In this document: one piece after another, positions 18,767 through 28,326 of the stretch | How the letters are laid out: every line of letters begins with the position of its first letter | How positions within the stretch are numbered: the stretch's first letter is position 1 | NCBI GenBank assembly: GCA_031550205.1 | Contig: JAVBOV010000028.1 | Span: 1-57,005 of the forward strand | Origin: Alphaproteobacteria bacterium | Lineage (GTDB): Bacteria; Pseudomonadota; Alphaproteobacteria; RF32; CAG-239 | DNA length: 57,005 bases | Reading direction: 5' to 3' | Notes under the pieces: generated by a model | Told to the model about the DNA's origin: nothing | What the model saw: the letters and a program-made list of their open reading frames with translations, nothing else | Databases searched by the model: none | Made by a program: the position numbers and the translations under genes

Positions 18767-20806
18767 CTAAATTCTACCGGTTTTCAATAGGTTATGATAT
18801 TTAAACACCGAACCGTTCGGCACATCCCAGCTAAAATCTTTTTTCATCGCTTTTTGCATCATCTCCTTAATCTTTGATGGATGATTATAAAAAACATCCA
18901 AAGCTTTGCTTAAAGATTCCACATAGGCGTTCACATTGTTCTTCAAGCGCTTGGCAGTCATATTGTTGCCGTAAACCCGCCTGTCCTGCACAAAGAAAAC
19001 CTTGGTTCTGAAACCGTCCACACAATCATCAATCGTATCCACCAAACCGCCGGTTGACATGGCAATCGGCAGCGTTCCCTTGGCCATTGCCTCCATCTGG
19101 GTCAAGCCGCAGGGCTCAAAGCGGCACGGCATCATATAAAAATCCGAAGCCAATTGAATTGCATATGCAAACTCATCGCGATACCCGCGGAACACAAAGA
19201 TTCTCTTTCCGGCTTTCTTATCCATAGCTGAGACCTTGTCCTTAAGCTGCTTCAAAATCTCATAATAAGCCGCATCTCCGGCACCGCCCAAAATCATAAT
19301 CGGATATTCTTTCTTGGCGTCATGATGCTTGGTTAAGAAGCTCAAAATAGCCTGTGCCGCAATATCATATCCCTTTTGTTCGGCCAAACGTGAGGTTGCA
19401 CAAAATACGGGAATTTTATCGGCTTTTTTAATCGCATCGGAAATATCTTCAAACTTATAGGTTTCAACCAGAGGAATTGTCTTGTTTTTATATTCCTTAT
19501 CCGTCGCCAGCCTTGACAACAACTTAATAAACTCCACCTTATTGTGCAGCTTGGTGCTTAAGCTGTTCTCGTCAAACACCTTAAAATCGAACCCGTCAAA
19601 ATATTTGTTAATGCCTTCAATCTTGGCTTTGTTCGGCGAAATCAGCTTTTTGTCATAACCGTTCACAATGCCGAAAAAGTTTCGGTGGTCTTTGCGCATT
19701 TTCAAAATATCACGAAAATCGAAACCAAAACCAAGTTCTTTTGAAACCTCTTCCAAATAATTTTTGGAAACCGTCACCACCCTGTCGGCCAAATGAAAGT
19801 TTGAAGAAGCCTGATTATAGCAGTCGTGCACAATCAAAACATTGGTCGCTCTGGGGTTGGAGTTCTTAATAGCCTTGGCGTTTTTAAACACCGTCATCAC
19901 CATATCTTCATATAAGGAGTTTAAGATTTTTGAGGTGTTTTCATAGTCCCAGCCCTGATACCCCAGATGGTGCGCCAAATGAATAATCGGAATAGATTTA
20001 ACCTTAGCCGCCAGCTCTTCAGGCATCTGCCCGTGCTCGCTTAAGGCGGTGGTAAAATATTTGGTAAGCCCGGCCAGAGCTCCGGAGTGCCAGTCATTGG
20101 CAATCAGCACGTTGGGCTTTTGAATTTTCTCATCAATCTTATAGCAAAGCTCTTTTAAGAGCGTAAAGACGGCTTTGGAAAAGAACGCAAAACGCTCCAC
20201 CTCATTAATGCCGAATTCGTTATAAACATAGCACCCGTCCTGTGCCGAAGGGTTTTCCTTATGCGGATTAATCGAAAAAAAGCGGTCGCTTGATAAAAAC
20301 AAATAATCGGCAGTTCCAAAACGCCCCTTATAAACATCAACTTTATACTTGGTCAAAACGTGCTTATCATTAAAAAATGGCACCGTAATTGTCTTAGCCT
20401 TTTCAAGCTTCACCGAATTTCCTTCGGCGCCGGTATAAACATCATCCTTCAAATGGCATTTTTTCTTGCCCGTATCGCCCAAATAAAGCGGCGTCACCAC
20501 CAAAAGCTTTTCACCGTTTTTTTCAAAGTTTTTATTAAAAGCTTCCGGCAGCTCGGTGGCAATTACGCCAAGCCCGCCCCATTTCATAAACGTTGCGGTT
20601 TCAGCGCTGATCATCCAGGAATTAATCTTGTCAATAACCGGCCACTCGTCTTTGCTTAAACACTGTTTTCTTGAAAAATTTTGAATCTCCAATAGATTCT
20701 TGTTATTCACCACCGGGTAGCTTATTGTGAGCTTTTTCTTGTTAAAACCTTTCGGAAGAGGATTTCTGTTAAGAACTTCTTCCGTTGCGGCGGCTTTAGG
20801 TATCAT
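18767..20806 (-). CDS. Long glycogen/starch synthase-like glycosyltransferase (GT5)
   Basis: N-terminal KWGGLGVIATELP (a variant of K[TS]GGLxDV) and C-terminal RFEPCGLTQMEAMAKGTLPIAMSTGGLVDTI. About 680 aa against about 480 for typical GlgA. ATG at 20806; the track start at 20833 is TTG. Confidence 0.85.
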   Translation of the reverse strand: MIPKAAATEEVLNRNPLPKGFNKKKLTISYPVVNNKNLLEIQNFSRKQCLSKDEWPVIDKINSWMISAETATFMKWGGLGVIATELPEAFNKNFEKNGEKLLVVTPLYLGDTGKKKCHLKDDVYTGAEGNSVKLEKAKTITVPFFNDKHVLTKYKVDVYKGRFGTADYLFLSSDRFFSINPHKENPSAQDGCYVYNEFGINEVERFAFFSKAVFTLLKELCYKIDEKIQKPNVLIANDWHSGALAGLTKYFTTALSEHGQMPEELAAKVKSIPIIHLAHHLGYQGWDYENTSKILNSLYEDMVMTVFKNAKAIKNSNPRATNVLIVHDCYNQASSNFHLADRVVTVSKNYLEEVSKELGFGFDFRDILKMRKDHRNFFGIVNGYDKKLISPNKAKIEGINKYFDGFDFKVFDENSLSTKLHNKVEFIKLLSRLATDKEYKNKTIPLVETYKFEDISDAIKKADKIPVFCATSRLAEQKGYDIAAQAILSFLTKHHDAKKEYPIMILGGAGDAAYYEILKQLKDKVSAMDKKAGKRIFVFRGYRDEFAYAIQLASDFYMMPCRFEPCGLTQMEAMAKGTLPIAMSTGGLVDTIDDCVDGFRTKVFFVQDRRVYGNNMTAKRLKNNVNAYVESLSKALDVFYNHPSKIKEMMQKAMKKDFSWDVPNGSVFKYHNLLKTGRI

Positions 20807-20943
20807 TTTTCTTCTTTCAAATTTATTTTGCAACTTAAGGATGTATCATATGCCAGAAAATATAATAATTCCTTAAATCTTGACTTATGTTCTTTCAATT
20901 CCTACAATATAGCCTAAGTAATTTCATATTTAAAGAGGAAAAG

Positions 20944-21486
20944 ATGAAAAAGCATAAAAAAGAAGAGCTTGAAGCCCTTGAGGCCGAACTTGCGGCTGAA
21001 GCCGCTGCCGCCGGAGAAACCATGGCAGAAATACCGGAAACAGATGAAGAACTGGAACTACTCAAGGTTGAAAACGCCCGCCTTAAGGAAGATTATCTGC
21101 GCTCATTAGCCGACGCTGAAAACATTAAAAAACGCTGCACCCAAGAAATTGAAAAAAATCAAAAATATGCCATATCCTCTTTCGCCAAAGAACTTTTAAG
21201 CGTGGCCGATAACTTGGAAAGAGCCCTGCAGGCCGAAAGCAAGTGTGAAACCTTAAGAAAAGGCGTGGAGCTGACCTTAGAAGGTTTAAAAAAAGTTTTC
21301 CATAAATTCGGTATTAAGAAAATGGAAACCTTAGACACCGTCTTTGACCCACATTTTCACCAGGTCATCCAAGAGGTTGAAGACAAAGAAAAGAAACCCG
21401 GCACAGTCATCTCCGAACTCCAAACCGGCTACATGATAAACGACCGCATCCTGCGCGAAGCCATGGTTGTTGTTAGCAAAAGATAA
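20944..21486 (+). CDS. grpE: Nucleotide exchange factor GrpE
   Basis: The ATG at 20944 follows aaagaggaaaag. Coiled-coil LKEDYLRSLADAENIKKR and C-terminal DPHFHQVI...GYMINDRILREAMV. Confidence 0.93.
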   Translation: MKKHKKEELEALEAELAAEAAAAGETMAEIPETDEELELLKVENARLKEDYLRSLADAENIKKRCTQEIEKNQKYAISSFAKELLSVADNLERALQAESKCETLRKGVELTLEGLKKVFHKFGIKKMETLDTVFDPHFHQVIQEVEDKEKKPGTVISELQTGYMINDRILREAMVVVSKR

Positions 21487-21492
21487 ATCTTT

Positions 21493-21527
21493 GTCATTGC
21501 GAGAGGGTGTCTGCCCCGAAGCAATCC
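21493..21527. repeat. GTCATTGCGAG..GAAGCAATCC hairpin repeat
   Basis: gtcattgcgagagggtgtctgccccgaagcaatcc is nearly identical to 29068-29102. Confidence 0.7.
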
Positions 21528-21554
21528 AGCCAAACCAGCCATCCTTATAAAACC

Positions 21555-21587
21555 AAAAAAGCACTCCTTCACGAAGTGCTTTTTTTA
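21555..21587. terminator. Bidirectional terminator between grpE and the 134-aa gene
   Basis: aaaaaagcact-ccttcacga-agtgcttttttt. Confidence 0.7.
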
Positions 21588-21599
21588 TACCTGGAAAGT

Positions 21600-22004
21600 T
21601 TAACAAATCCTATCCAAATATTTCTTAACAGCCTCAAGCCTGTTCAATTCTTCATCTTCAACATCTTTCCTAATACTGTCTTTGAGCTGCAGTTCAAGAA
21701 TTCTTTGAAAGGTTTTTTCTCTTTCCTTAAGCCTGTCTTCCATAGAAAGCGCCAATAGCCGTTTCTTTGTCTCCTTTGGAAAGTGAGAAACATTGTACAC
21801 TAGAGGAATAGACACCCACCCCAGAAAAAAGAAAACAATTGCAGCTATCCCATTGTCACTTGAAATCGACAAGTATACCAAGACAGCCAGAGTGGCAACA
21901 AAAAGAAATCCGTTAATAACAGCAGCCCTTGTTCTCTCAAGCGGAGAAATAATCACCAATAGCGAAACCGCCAACCAAACAAGAATAACAATTAAAATTT
22001 CCAT
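21600..22004 (-). CDS. Hypothetical membrane protein with a C-terminal coiled-coil tail
   Basis: Three hydrophobic segments in the first 75 aa, then a charged helical region. Shares its whole upstream leader with the MBL hydrolase gene. Confidence 0.55.
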   Translation of the reverse strand: MEILIVILVWLAVSLLVIISPLERTRAAVINGFLFVATLAVLVYLSISSDNGIAAIVFFFLGWVSIPLVYNVSHFPKETKKRLLALSMEDRLKEREKTFQRILELQLKDSIRKDVEDEELNRLEAVKKYLDRIC

Positions 22005-22127
22005 AATTTTTTGTTTTTTTAAAGTTAATAATATTTAAATATAATGATAAGCGTTTTTAACTCTTCCAGAGTACCACACACACACACAAGACTTTCAACA
22101 CTTTTAATATTAAACTTTTGTTACAAA
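22005..22127 (-). promoter_or_regulatory. Second copy of the conserved ~120-bp leader block with a (CA)n tract
   Basis: accacacacacacacaagactttcaacacttttaatattaaacttttgttacaa aligns with 2475-2592. The CA tract has 7 units here against 5 there. Confidence 0.45.
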
Positions 22128-22147
22128 ACCCCTTCAAAAAAAACATT

Positions 22148-22211
22148 TTACCGCTCAGTAAAAATTATCTCTTTTTGCAGCATAAAACACCAAATATTTA
22201 CCGAGAAGTAA
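22148..22211. promoter_or_regulatory. Two TTACC-N4-RGTAA palindromes downstream of hipA
   Basis: ttaccgctcagtaa (22148-22161) and ttaccgagaagtaa (22198-22211). Same motif as upstream of hipB. Confidence 0.4.
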
Positions 22212-22237
22212 AATATTTAGCATATATCATATTGATT

Positions 22238-23443
22238 TTACTTAATAGTTTGCTTTATTCTCTTCTTTATAATTGCCCTTATACTGCCTGCTGTTTTTTG
22301 CATTTTTTTCTCATCAAACTTCTCAAACAGCCATTCTGCCGCATCTTCAACGTTCTGCAGTGTAAAAGCCAAAGTCTCTTCTAAAACCTCTTCTCCCACC
22401 CCAATCTCTTCTGCCATTTTCATAAAATGCCGACGACTTATCTTATCCGGGTTATATTCTCCGCCGATACTCATCGCCATGCTTTTACTCAGCTTCGGAT
22501 AAACTTGCGTGGAAACCAAATCATAAAATGGAGCCAGTTTTATCCCTTGTTTAGTATATAAAAAAGAAAAATTTTTGCCATGCGCATCTGAGTTTCCAAT
22601 CACAAAATTAAAAACCGTCAAACGCAAAAACTGCATTTTATCTGCAAGCGGAGAAACCGAATGATTTTCAATAAGCTTAAAACACTGCTTAATCGAAGGT
22701 CCCCCGTCTTTTTGATATTTTTTACCCATCAACCCCAATGCTTGGCAAAAATCTTCCTGATGAACCCTCTTTATAGCCCGCTTCCCTCCCCTGTCATATC
22801 TCTTGGTGCAATAATATAGCCCCTTTTTTGTCTCCTCAATATCGCACTCTGCAACTTCAAACCCCAATATCTTTGCCAAAATCATGCAAAAATATTCATT
22901 ATATACCAAGCCCTCAAAGGCCAGGTTATCCGGCTTAATAATATGCGTAGAAACGTTCTCGCTGTTGGGAATATAAAATTCTCCACCTTTGCAAATCAAA
23001 GCAATTTTATCCTGTGCTCCGGCAAGAGAAAGCCTGACATCTTCTCCGACCAGCATTGGAACTTTCACCCTGTTTTCAAACAGTTCATCCAAATCTTTTT
23101 TCAAAAGCAAAACCGGCTTGGCGGTCTCTTTTTTCTTCAAGCCTGAAAGGTGCAGCGAAACCGCTCCCGCACACTCTTCGCCAAATTCTCTTAAAAAAGC
23201 AAACGGATTATTCGCTGAAAACCCCTTAAGTTTAGCAATAATTTTTCTCAAATCTCCTTCCGGCAAAAGGTTTTCAAAAAAACCTCTGCTCCACCTGTCG
23301 TCAAAAGCTTCTTTTTGCAAAGGAAGTGCCAAAGAAATCGGCCTTGAAGCAGTCTCAAGATACTTAAAGCTCAGTCTTGAATTTTTCTCGGTCAAAACTC
23401 CAACTTTTTCATCAAAAAAGTATACATCCAAAGAAGGCATCAT
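22238..23443 (-). CDS. hipA: HipA-family serine/threonine kinase toxin
   Basis: LSLAGAQDKIAL and VIGNSDAHGKNFSF catalytic-loop motifs. The ATG at 23443 overlaps the hipB TGA (ATGA coupling). The track start at 23458 is TTG. Confidence 0.9.
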   Translation of the reverse strand: MMPSLDVYFFDEKVGVLTEKNSRLSFKYLETASRPISLALPLQKEAFDDRWSRGFFENLLPEGDLRKIIAKLKGFSANNPFAFLREFGEECAGAVSLHLSGLKKKETAKPVLLLKKDLDELFENRVKVPMLVGEDVRLSLAGAQDKIALICKGGEFYIPNSENVSTHIIKPDNLAFEGLVYNEYFCMILAKILGFEVAECDIEETKKGLYYCTKRYDRGGKRAIKRVHQEDFCQALGLMGKKYQKDGGPSIKQCFKLIENHSVSPLADKMQFLRLTVFNFVIGNSDAHGKNFSFLYTKQGIKLAPFYDLVSTQVYPKLSKSMAMSIGGEYNPDKISRRHFMKMAEEIGVGEEVLEETLAFTLQNVEDAAEWLFEKFDEKKMQKTAGSIRAIIKKRIKQTIK

Positions 23444-23649
23444 CTGTTCTCCAGACAAACAACCAAACCAAGCTGCTCAATCACATATAAAACCTTACCA
23501 ACTTGGCAGGTCTCTTTTCCAGCCTCTAAATCAACAATAAAACGAACCCCAACCCTGCAAAAACCGGCCAGTTGCCCCTGCGTCAAACCTTGTTTTTTGC
23601 GCTCTTCTCTAACTCTCTCACCAATTTCTTTAAACTTTTTAACAATCAT
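23440..23649 (-). CDS. hipB: XRE-family HTH antitoxin (HipB-like)
   Basis: IGERVREERKKQGLTQGQLAG helix-turn-helix. Lies directly upstream of hipA and is translationally coupled to it. ATG at 23649. Confidence 0.8.
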   Translation of the reverse strand: MIVKKFKEIGERVREERKKQGLTQGQLAGFCRVGVRFIVDLEAGKETCQVGKVLYVIEQLGLVVCLENR

Positions 23650-23653
23650 CTTT

Positions 23654-23717
23654 TTACCCCTCGGTAAAAATATATACAAATTTCCTTAAAAAACAACTAA
23701 TATTTCCCGCTCAGTAC
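23654..23717. promoter_or_regulatory. Two operator-like palindromes upstream of hipB
   Basis: ttacccctcggtaa (23654-23667, overlapping the hipB RBS) and the degenerate ttcccgctcagtac (23704-23717). Confidence 0.45.
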
Positions 23718-23726
23718 ATTTAAAAT

Positions 23727-23758
23727 CAAAAAAGACTAGGTTTCCCTAGTCTTTTTTC
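23727..23758. terminator. Bidirectional terminator after the HAD gene
   Basis: aaaaaagactagg-tttc-cctagtctttttt. Confidence 0.7.
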
Positions 23759-23764
23759 TACTTT

Positions 23765-24352
23765 CTAAAGCAATAACTTTGCAATGTCTTCCGCCGATTT
23801 AACAACCTTAACAATATTAAGGTTCAGCTTATCTTTATGATGCATCAACGGCTCGTTCTCCCACCACATTGGCAAAGACACTATCCTATCTACATTCTCC
23901 ACGTTTTTCGGCGTGTCATCAACAAACGCCGAAAATTTATAACTAGCGGCATACATCCCCAAAAGTGGATATTTTTGACCGCTTCCCACAAAATGCAGCT
24001 CTTTAAAAGCATCTCCAAATAAGCTAAAGGCATTTTGTTTTCTTTGCTGAATCACATATGGGCTTGAAGGCGCAGACGTAATGACCGCTAAGTCATATTC
24101 GGCATCTTTTAAATCTTTCACCAATTTTTGCATTCCTATTTGAGCTGGAAGATTAGCAAAAACCTCAGAAGTATTAAAAAACTCTCCAAACTTAGCATAA
24201 GGCTTTGGGTCTTTGTCAAAATCACGAATGATATCAACCCATTCTTGATCCGTGAGACTAACCTTGAAAAATTCTTCATACAGAACTCTCATCGGCTCCC
24301 ACATATTGACTAACACACCATCAAAATCGAAAATTGCAATTTTTTGCTTCAT
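23765..24352 (-). CDS. HAD-superfamily hydrolase (nucleotidase-like)
   Basis: N-terminal IAIFDFDGVLV (DxDG motif I), ITSAP (motif II-like), FVDD (motif IV-like). Confidence 0.75.
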   Translation of the reverse strand: MKQKIAIFDFDGVLVNMWEPMRVLYEEFFKVSLTDQEWVDIIRDFDKDPKPYAKFGEFFNTSEVFANLPAQIGMQKLVKDLKDAEYDLAVITSAPSSPYVIQQRKQNAFSLFGDAFKELHFVGSGQKYPLLGMYAASYKFSAFVDDTPKNVENVDRIVSLPMWWENEPLMHHKDKLNLNIVKVVKSAEDIAKLLL

Positions 24353-24550
24353 GATATAATTATTAATATTTTAATTTTTAAACACCAAACCATTTATCAT
24401 TATTTAGACAAAATGTCAACCACATAATGACCCTGCCTCAAATAACCAACCACCCTTATTCTCTTTCTACCTCTTTATTGCCATAAAAAACCGTTTAGAT
24501 TCAGACAAAACAGCAGCGCAAAAGCCCCTCTGACTACTGACTACCGACTA

Positions 24551-26794
24551 CTATATAACCTCTCTTCTCCCCATGGCATCCGCCCTGGTCACAACTCCCT
24601 CGGTTTCCATACGGTCAACAATCGTCGCCGAGCGGTTATAGCCAATTCTCAATTTACGCTGAATCAAGCTGATTGAAACCTTGCGGTCTTCGCGCACAAT
24701 GGCCAAAGCCTGCGTATATAAATCATCTTCGCCGCTGCCCATCTCGCCTTTGTCAAAAACCGCGCCCTTATCGCCAAGCTCTCCGGCGGTCACTTCATCA
24801 ATATATTCCGGGTCTTTCTGCGATTTCAAAAACTCAACCACACGCTCCACTTCGCTGTCTTTCACAAAACTGCCGTGAATACGTATCGGCCTTTGCCCGG
24901 CCGGCATATAAAGCATATCGCCCATGCCCAAAAGCTGCTCGGCGCCTTGCTCGCCCAAAATGGTGCGGCTGTCAATTTTTGAGGTAACCTGAAAAGAAAT
25001 GCGGGTCGGGAAATTGGCCTTAATTGTGCCCGTAATCACATCCACCGACGGACGCTGGGTCGACATAATCAAATGAATTCCGGCCGCGCGCGCCATCTGC
25101 GCCAAACGCTGAATCGCCGCTTCCACGTCTTTTCCTGCCACCAGCATCAAATCGGCCATCTCATCAACCACCACCACAATATATGGCAGCGGAGACAAAT
25201 CCAGCTCCTGTTCCTCATAAATCGGCTTACCGGTTTCCATATCAAACCCGGTCTGCACCGTGCGCTTAACCGCCTCGCCTTTTTCTTTCAGCTCTTTGAG
25301 CTTCTGATTGTATCCCAAAATATTGCGCACATTAAGCTGCGCCATGGCCTTATAGCGGTCTTCCATCTCCTTAACCGCCCACTTAAGCCCCACCACCGCC
25401 TTGCCCGGATCCGTAATCACCGGCGTCAGCAGATGCGGAATGCCGTTATACATTGAAAACTCCAGCATCTTCGGGTCAATCAAAATAAACTTGCACTCAT
25501 CCGGCGAAAGTTTGTATAACAGCGATAAAATCATCGAATTCACGCCCACCGATTTTCCCGAACCGGTTGTTCCGGCCACCAAAAGGTGCGGCATCTTGGC
25601 CAAATCGGCATAAACGTTTTCTCCGCCGATATCTTTGCCCAAAACAATGTTAAGCGTATTTTTAGAAGCCATAAAACGCTCATCTTCAAACAGTTCTCTA
25701 ATCCAAACCGTGTCACGCTTGGGATTTGGCATCTCAATACCTATGGTGTTTGAACCTGAAACCACCGCAATACGCACTGAAGAAACGCTCATCGAGCGGG
25801 CAATATCATCCGCCAAACCAATAACTCTGGCGGTTTTTGTTCCGGCTGCCGGCTCCAGTTCATATAAGGTCACCACCGGACCCGGACGCACTTTAACAAT
25901 CTTGCCGTTCACTCCAAACTCTTGCAAAACCATCTCCAAATCGCGCGCAATCACATCCATTTCCTTGTCGCTCAACACGCTCCCGCCTTTGCCGGCCGGC
26001 TTGGAAATCAAATTAATATCCGGATAAACATAACCGTCGTTGGTTTGCTTGGCCTTTCTGGAAATTGTCTCAAAAGCCTTCTTTTCTTTAGGCTCTTTAA
26101 CCTTTTCTTCTTTAATCTTTGGCTCGGTACGCTCTTTTATCTTTCTTTCTCTTCTGATTTCAGAGCGTTTTTTGCTGAACATAACTTTCAAAAACGCCCA
26201 AGCTGCCTTACTTGATTTTGCAACCGCCCGGCAAGCCTGAACCATTGCCGCCCACCAATGTTTATAAGTAATTCCCGCCGCAAAATTAAACGCCAAAAGC
26301 GCAAATGCAAACAAAACCGCCTCAACAACAATCGGCGCATTATCATAAAAATAAATACGGTCAATCAAATACATAAGATGTCTGGAAATAAAAACACCCA
26401 TCATTCCGCCCAAATTAAAGTCGCCAAAATACGGTGGCAAAAGCGCCAGACAAGAAGACAAAAACAAGGTGCCCAAAATAAAGGCAAAAACCCTCGACGA
26501 TCCGAACACAAACTCCCGAAGGCGCATCAAGTCATATCCCCAAATTATCGGGGCAATTAAAAAGACCGGCAGCGCCGCGCCGAAGCTTTGCAAAATAATC
26601 GACGCCCAAAACGCACCGAAATACCCCAAAACATTGTTTGCCACGCGCGACGTAACCGTGTTAAAAGACGGGTCGTTGGCATCATAAGATATGGAGCTTA
26701 TAATTAAAGACAAAGAAAACACCACCAAAAACAGCCCGACCAGCTGCCAAAACACTTTTGCAAAAATAGATTTTTTCTTCTTCCTGTTCGCCAT
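24551..26794 (-). CDS. ftsK: DNA translocase FtsK
   Basis: N-terminal TM segments, linker, motor domain with GTTGSGKSVGVN Walker A and VVVDEMADL, and a C-terminal gamma winged helix (SISLIQRKLRIGYNRSATIVDRME). Confidence 0.96.
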   Translation of the reverse strand: MANRKKKKSIFAKVFWQLVGLFLVVFSLSLIISSISYDANDPSFNTVTSRVANNVLGYFGAFWASIILQSFGAALPVFLIAPIIWGYDLMRLREFVFGSSRVFAFILGTLFLSSCLALLPPYFGDFNLGGMMGVFISRHLMYLIDRIYFYDNAPIVVEAVLFAFALLAFNFAAGITYKHWWAAMVQACRAVAKSSKAAWAFLKVMFSKKRSEIRRERKIKERTEPKIKEEKVKEPKEKKAFETISRKAKQTNDGYVYPDINLISKPAGKGGSVLSDKEMDVIARDLEMVLQEFGVNGKIVKVRPGPVVTLYELEPAAGTKTARVIGLADDIARSMSVSSVRIAVVSGSNTIGIEMPNPKRDTVWIRELFEDERFMASKNTLNIVLGKDIGGENVYADLAKMPHLLVAGTTGSGKSVGVNSMILSLLYKLSPDECKFILIDPKMLEFSMYNGIPHLLTPVITDPGKAVVGLKWAVKEMEDRYKAMAQLNVRNILGYNQKLKELKEKGEAVKRTVQTGFDMETGKPIYEEQELDLSPLPYIVVVVDEMADLMLVAGKDVEAAIQRLAQMARAAGIHLIMSTQRPSVDVITGTIKANFPTRISFQVTSKIDSRTILGEQGAEQLLGMGDMLYMPAGQRPIRIHGSFVKDSEVERVVEFLKSQKDPEYIDEVTAGELGDKGAVFDKGEMGSGEDDLYTQALAIVREDRKVSISLIQRKLRIGYNRSATIVDRMETEGVVTRADAMGRREVI

Positions 26795-26804
26795 CTCTCA
26801 ACCT

Positions 26805-27233
26805 CTAATATTGCAGATATTTCCCGTCTCTCATCTTAATCTGAACTGCTTTTTTAATCAAAGCTGCCGTCTCTTCTTTTTTTGCTTTGGTATAAGGCTT
26901 GGAATGATTATTCCACACCGTAGTCGGCCAATCCGGGTCTTTTTTGCGGCGGCAAACCACATGCACATGCAGCTGCGGCGTCTTGTTGCCAATCATCGCC
27001 ACATTGGTCTGCTCATGCTCAAAGTTCTCAGCCATCACCTCTTCGCAAAGCGCAATTTCTCTCATCAGCTGCAGCCTCTCTTCCATGGTCAAGCCCAGCA
27101 TATTTTTAACATTTTTAACTCTGGGAATCAAAAGCACCCACGGATAATACGCATTATCTTCCAGCATCACGCTGCACAGCTTTAAATCAATAATATGTTC
27201 CTTTTCTGCAAAATTCGGCAACAATTCAAACAT
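26805..27233 (-). CDS. HIT-family protein
   Basis: Histidine triad QLHVHVV. 142 aa. Confidence 0.85.
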   Translation of the reverse strand: MFELLPNFAEKEHIIDLKLCSVMLEDNAYYPWVLLIPRVKNVKNMLGLTMEERLQLMREIALCEEVMAENFEHEQTNVAMIGNKTPQLHVHVVCRRKKDPDWPTTVWNNHSKPYTKAKKEETAALIKKAVQIKMRDGKYLQY

Positions 27234-27314
27234 CTAAAAACTCCCAGTTTAAGATTGACTTTTAAGATAATAATGTATAAATCTTCAAAAGTTATTAATA
27301 TTGGAAATAAATTG

Positions 27315-28262
27315 ATGAAATATTGTTTTGTCTTCCCCGGACAGGGATCTCAGTTTGTGGGAATGGGCAAAGACCTGGCAGACAACTTTGCTTCTGCCAA
27401 AGAAGTTTTTGGGGAAATAAACGACGCCCTTTCTCAAGATTTAACCTCTTTAATGTTCAAAGGCCCCGAACCGGAGCTTACCTTAACCGCTAACGCTCAG
27501 CCGGCCTTAATGTCTGTTTCCATGGCTCTTGTTAGAGTTTTGGAAAAAGACTTCGGCATTAAATTGAAAGAAAAAGCCGCATTTGTAGCCGGCCACTCCT
27601 TAGGTGAGTATTCTGCTGCTTGCGCTGCCGGTGTTTTCTCTTTAACCGACACCGCCAAACTGCTGCGCATTCGCGGAGACGCCATGCAAAAAGCTGTTCC
27701 GGTCGGAGTTGGCGGCATGGCCGCCGTAATGGGCGTATCTTTCAAAGACGTTCAGGCCTTGGCTGAAGCCTGCTCAAGTCCTGATGCAATCTGCGTTGCC
27801 GCCAATGATAATGCTGACGGCCAGGTTGTGCTTTCCGGACATCTTAAAGCCATTGACAAAGCTGTTGAAGTTGCTGCCGAATTCGGCGCCAAAAGATGCG
27901 TCAAGCTTCCGGTAAGTGCTCCTTTCCACAGCCCGCTGATGAAAGACGCTGCCGACGTAATGGCTCGAGCTTTAATGGAAGTTGAGGCCAAAGATGCCCA
28001 AATTCCTTTAATTTCCAATGTCTTGGCCTCTGCAATAACCGACCGCAAAGAAATCATCAAAAGGTTAATCGAGCAGGTAACCGGTTCGGTTCGTTGGCGT
28101 GAAAGCGTAATTTATATGCGTGAACAAGGCGTTACCGACGTTGTTGAACTCGGCGCCGGCAAAATATTGTCGGGCATTGTCAAAAGAAGCGACAAAGAAA
28201 TAAACGCAATTTCCGTCAGCACCCCTGCCGAAATTGAAGAGCTGGCCAAAATTTTAAAATAA
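27315..28262 (+). CDS. fabD: Malonyl-CoA:ACP transacylase
   Basis: FVFPGQGSQFVGMG and GHSLGEYSA active-site blocks. ATG at 27315; the track start at 27195 is an extension. Confidence 0.95.
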   Translation: MKYCFVFPGQGSQFVGMGKDLADNFASAKEVFGEINDALSQDLTSLMFKGPEPELTLTANAQPALMSVSMALVRVLEKDFGIKLKEKAAFVAGHSLGEYSAACAAGVFSLTDTAKLLRIRGDAMQKAVPVGVGGMAAVMGVSFKDVQALAEACSSPDAICVAANDNADGQVVLSGHLKAIDKAVEVAAEFGAKRCVKLPVSAPFHSPLMKDAADVMARALMEVEAKDAQIPLISNVLASAITDRKEIIKRLIEQVTGSVRWRESVIYMREQGVTDVVELGAGKILSGIVKRSDKEINAISVSTPAEIEELAKILK

Positions 28263-28273
28263 ACCCAAAGAGC

Positions 28274-28298
28274 GTCATGCTGAACTTGTTTCAGCATC
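28274..28298. repeat. GTCATGCTGAAC..GTTTCAGCATC hairpin repeat
   Basis: gtcatgctgaacttgtttcagcatc in the fabD-fabG spacer. Confidence 0.6.
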
Positions 28299-28326
28299 TC
28301 CTCAAAACTGAAAAGGAATATGTTAA

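Noticed and set aside
24531-24551. Tandem heptamers tgactac tgactac cgactac at the 3' end of ftsK.
   Set aside because: There are only three units and they abut the stop codon. This is most simply slippage debris, too short to call a functional repeat.
24673-27185. Plus-strand ORFs of up to 164 aa overlapping ftsK and the HIT gene.
   Set aside because: They lie antisense to well-supported genes and are rich in Arg, Ser and Leu from the reverse frame. There is no independent signal.
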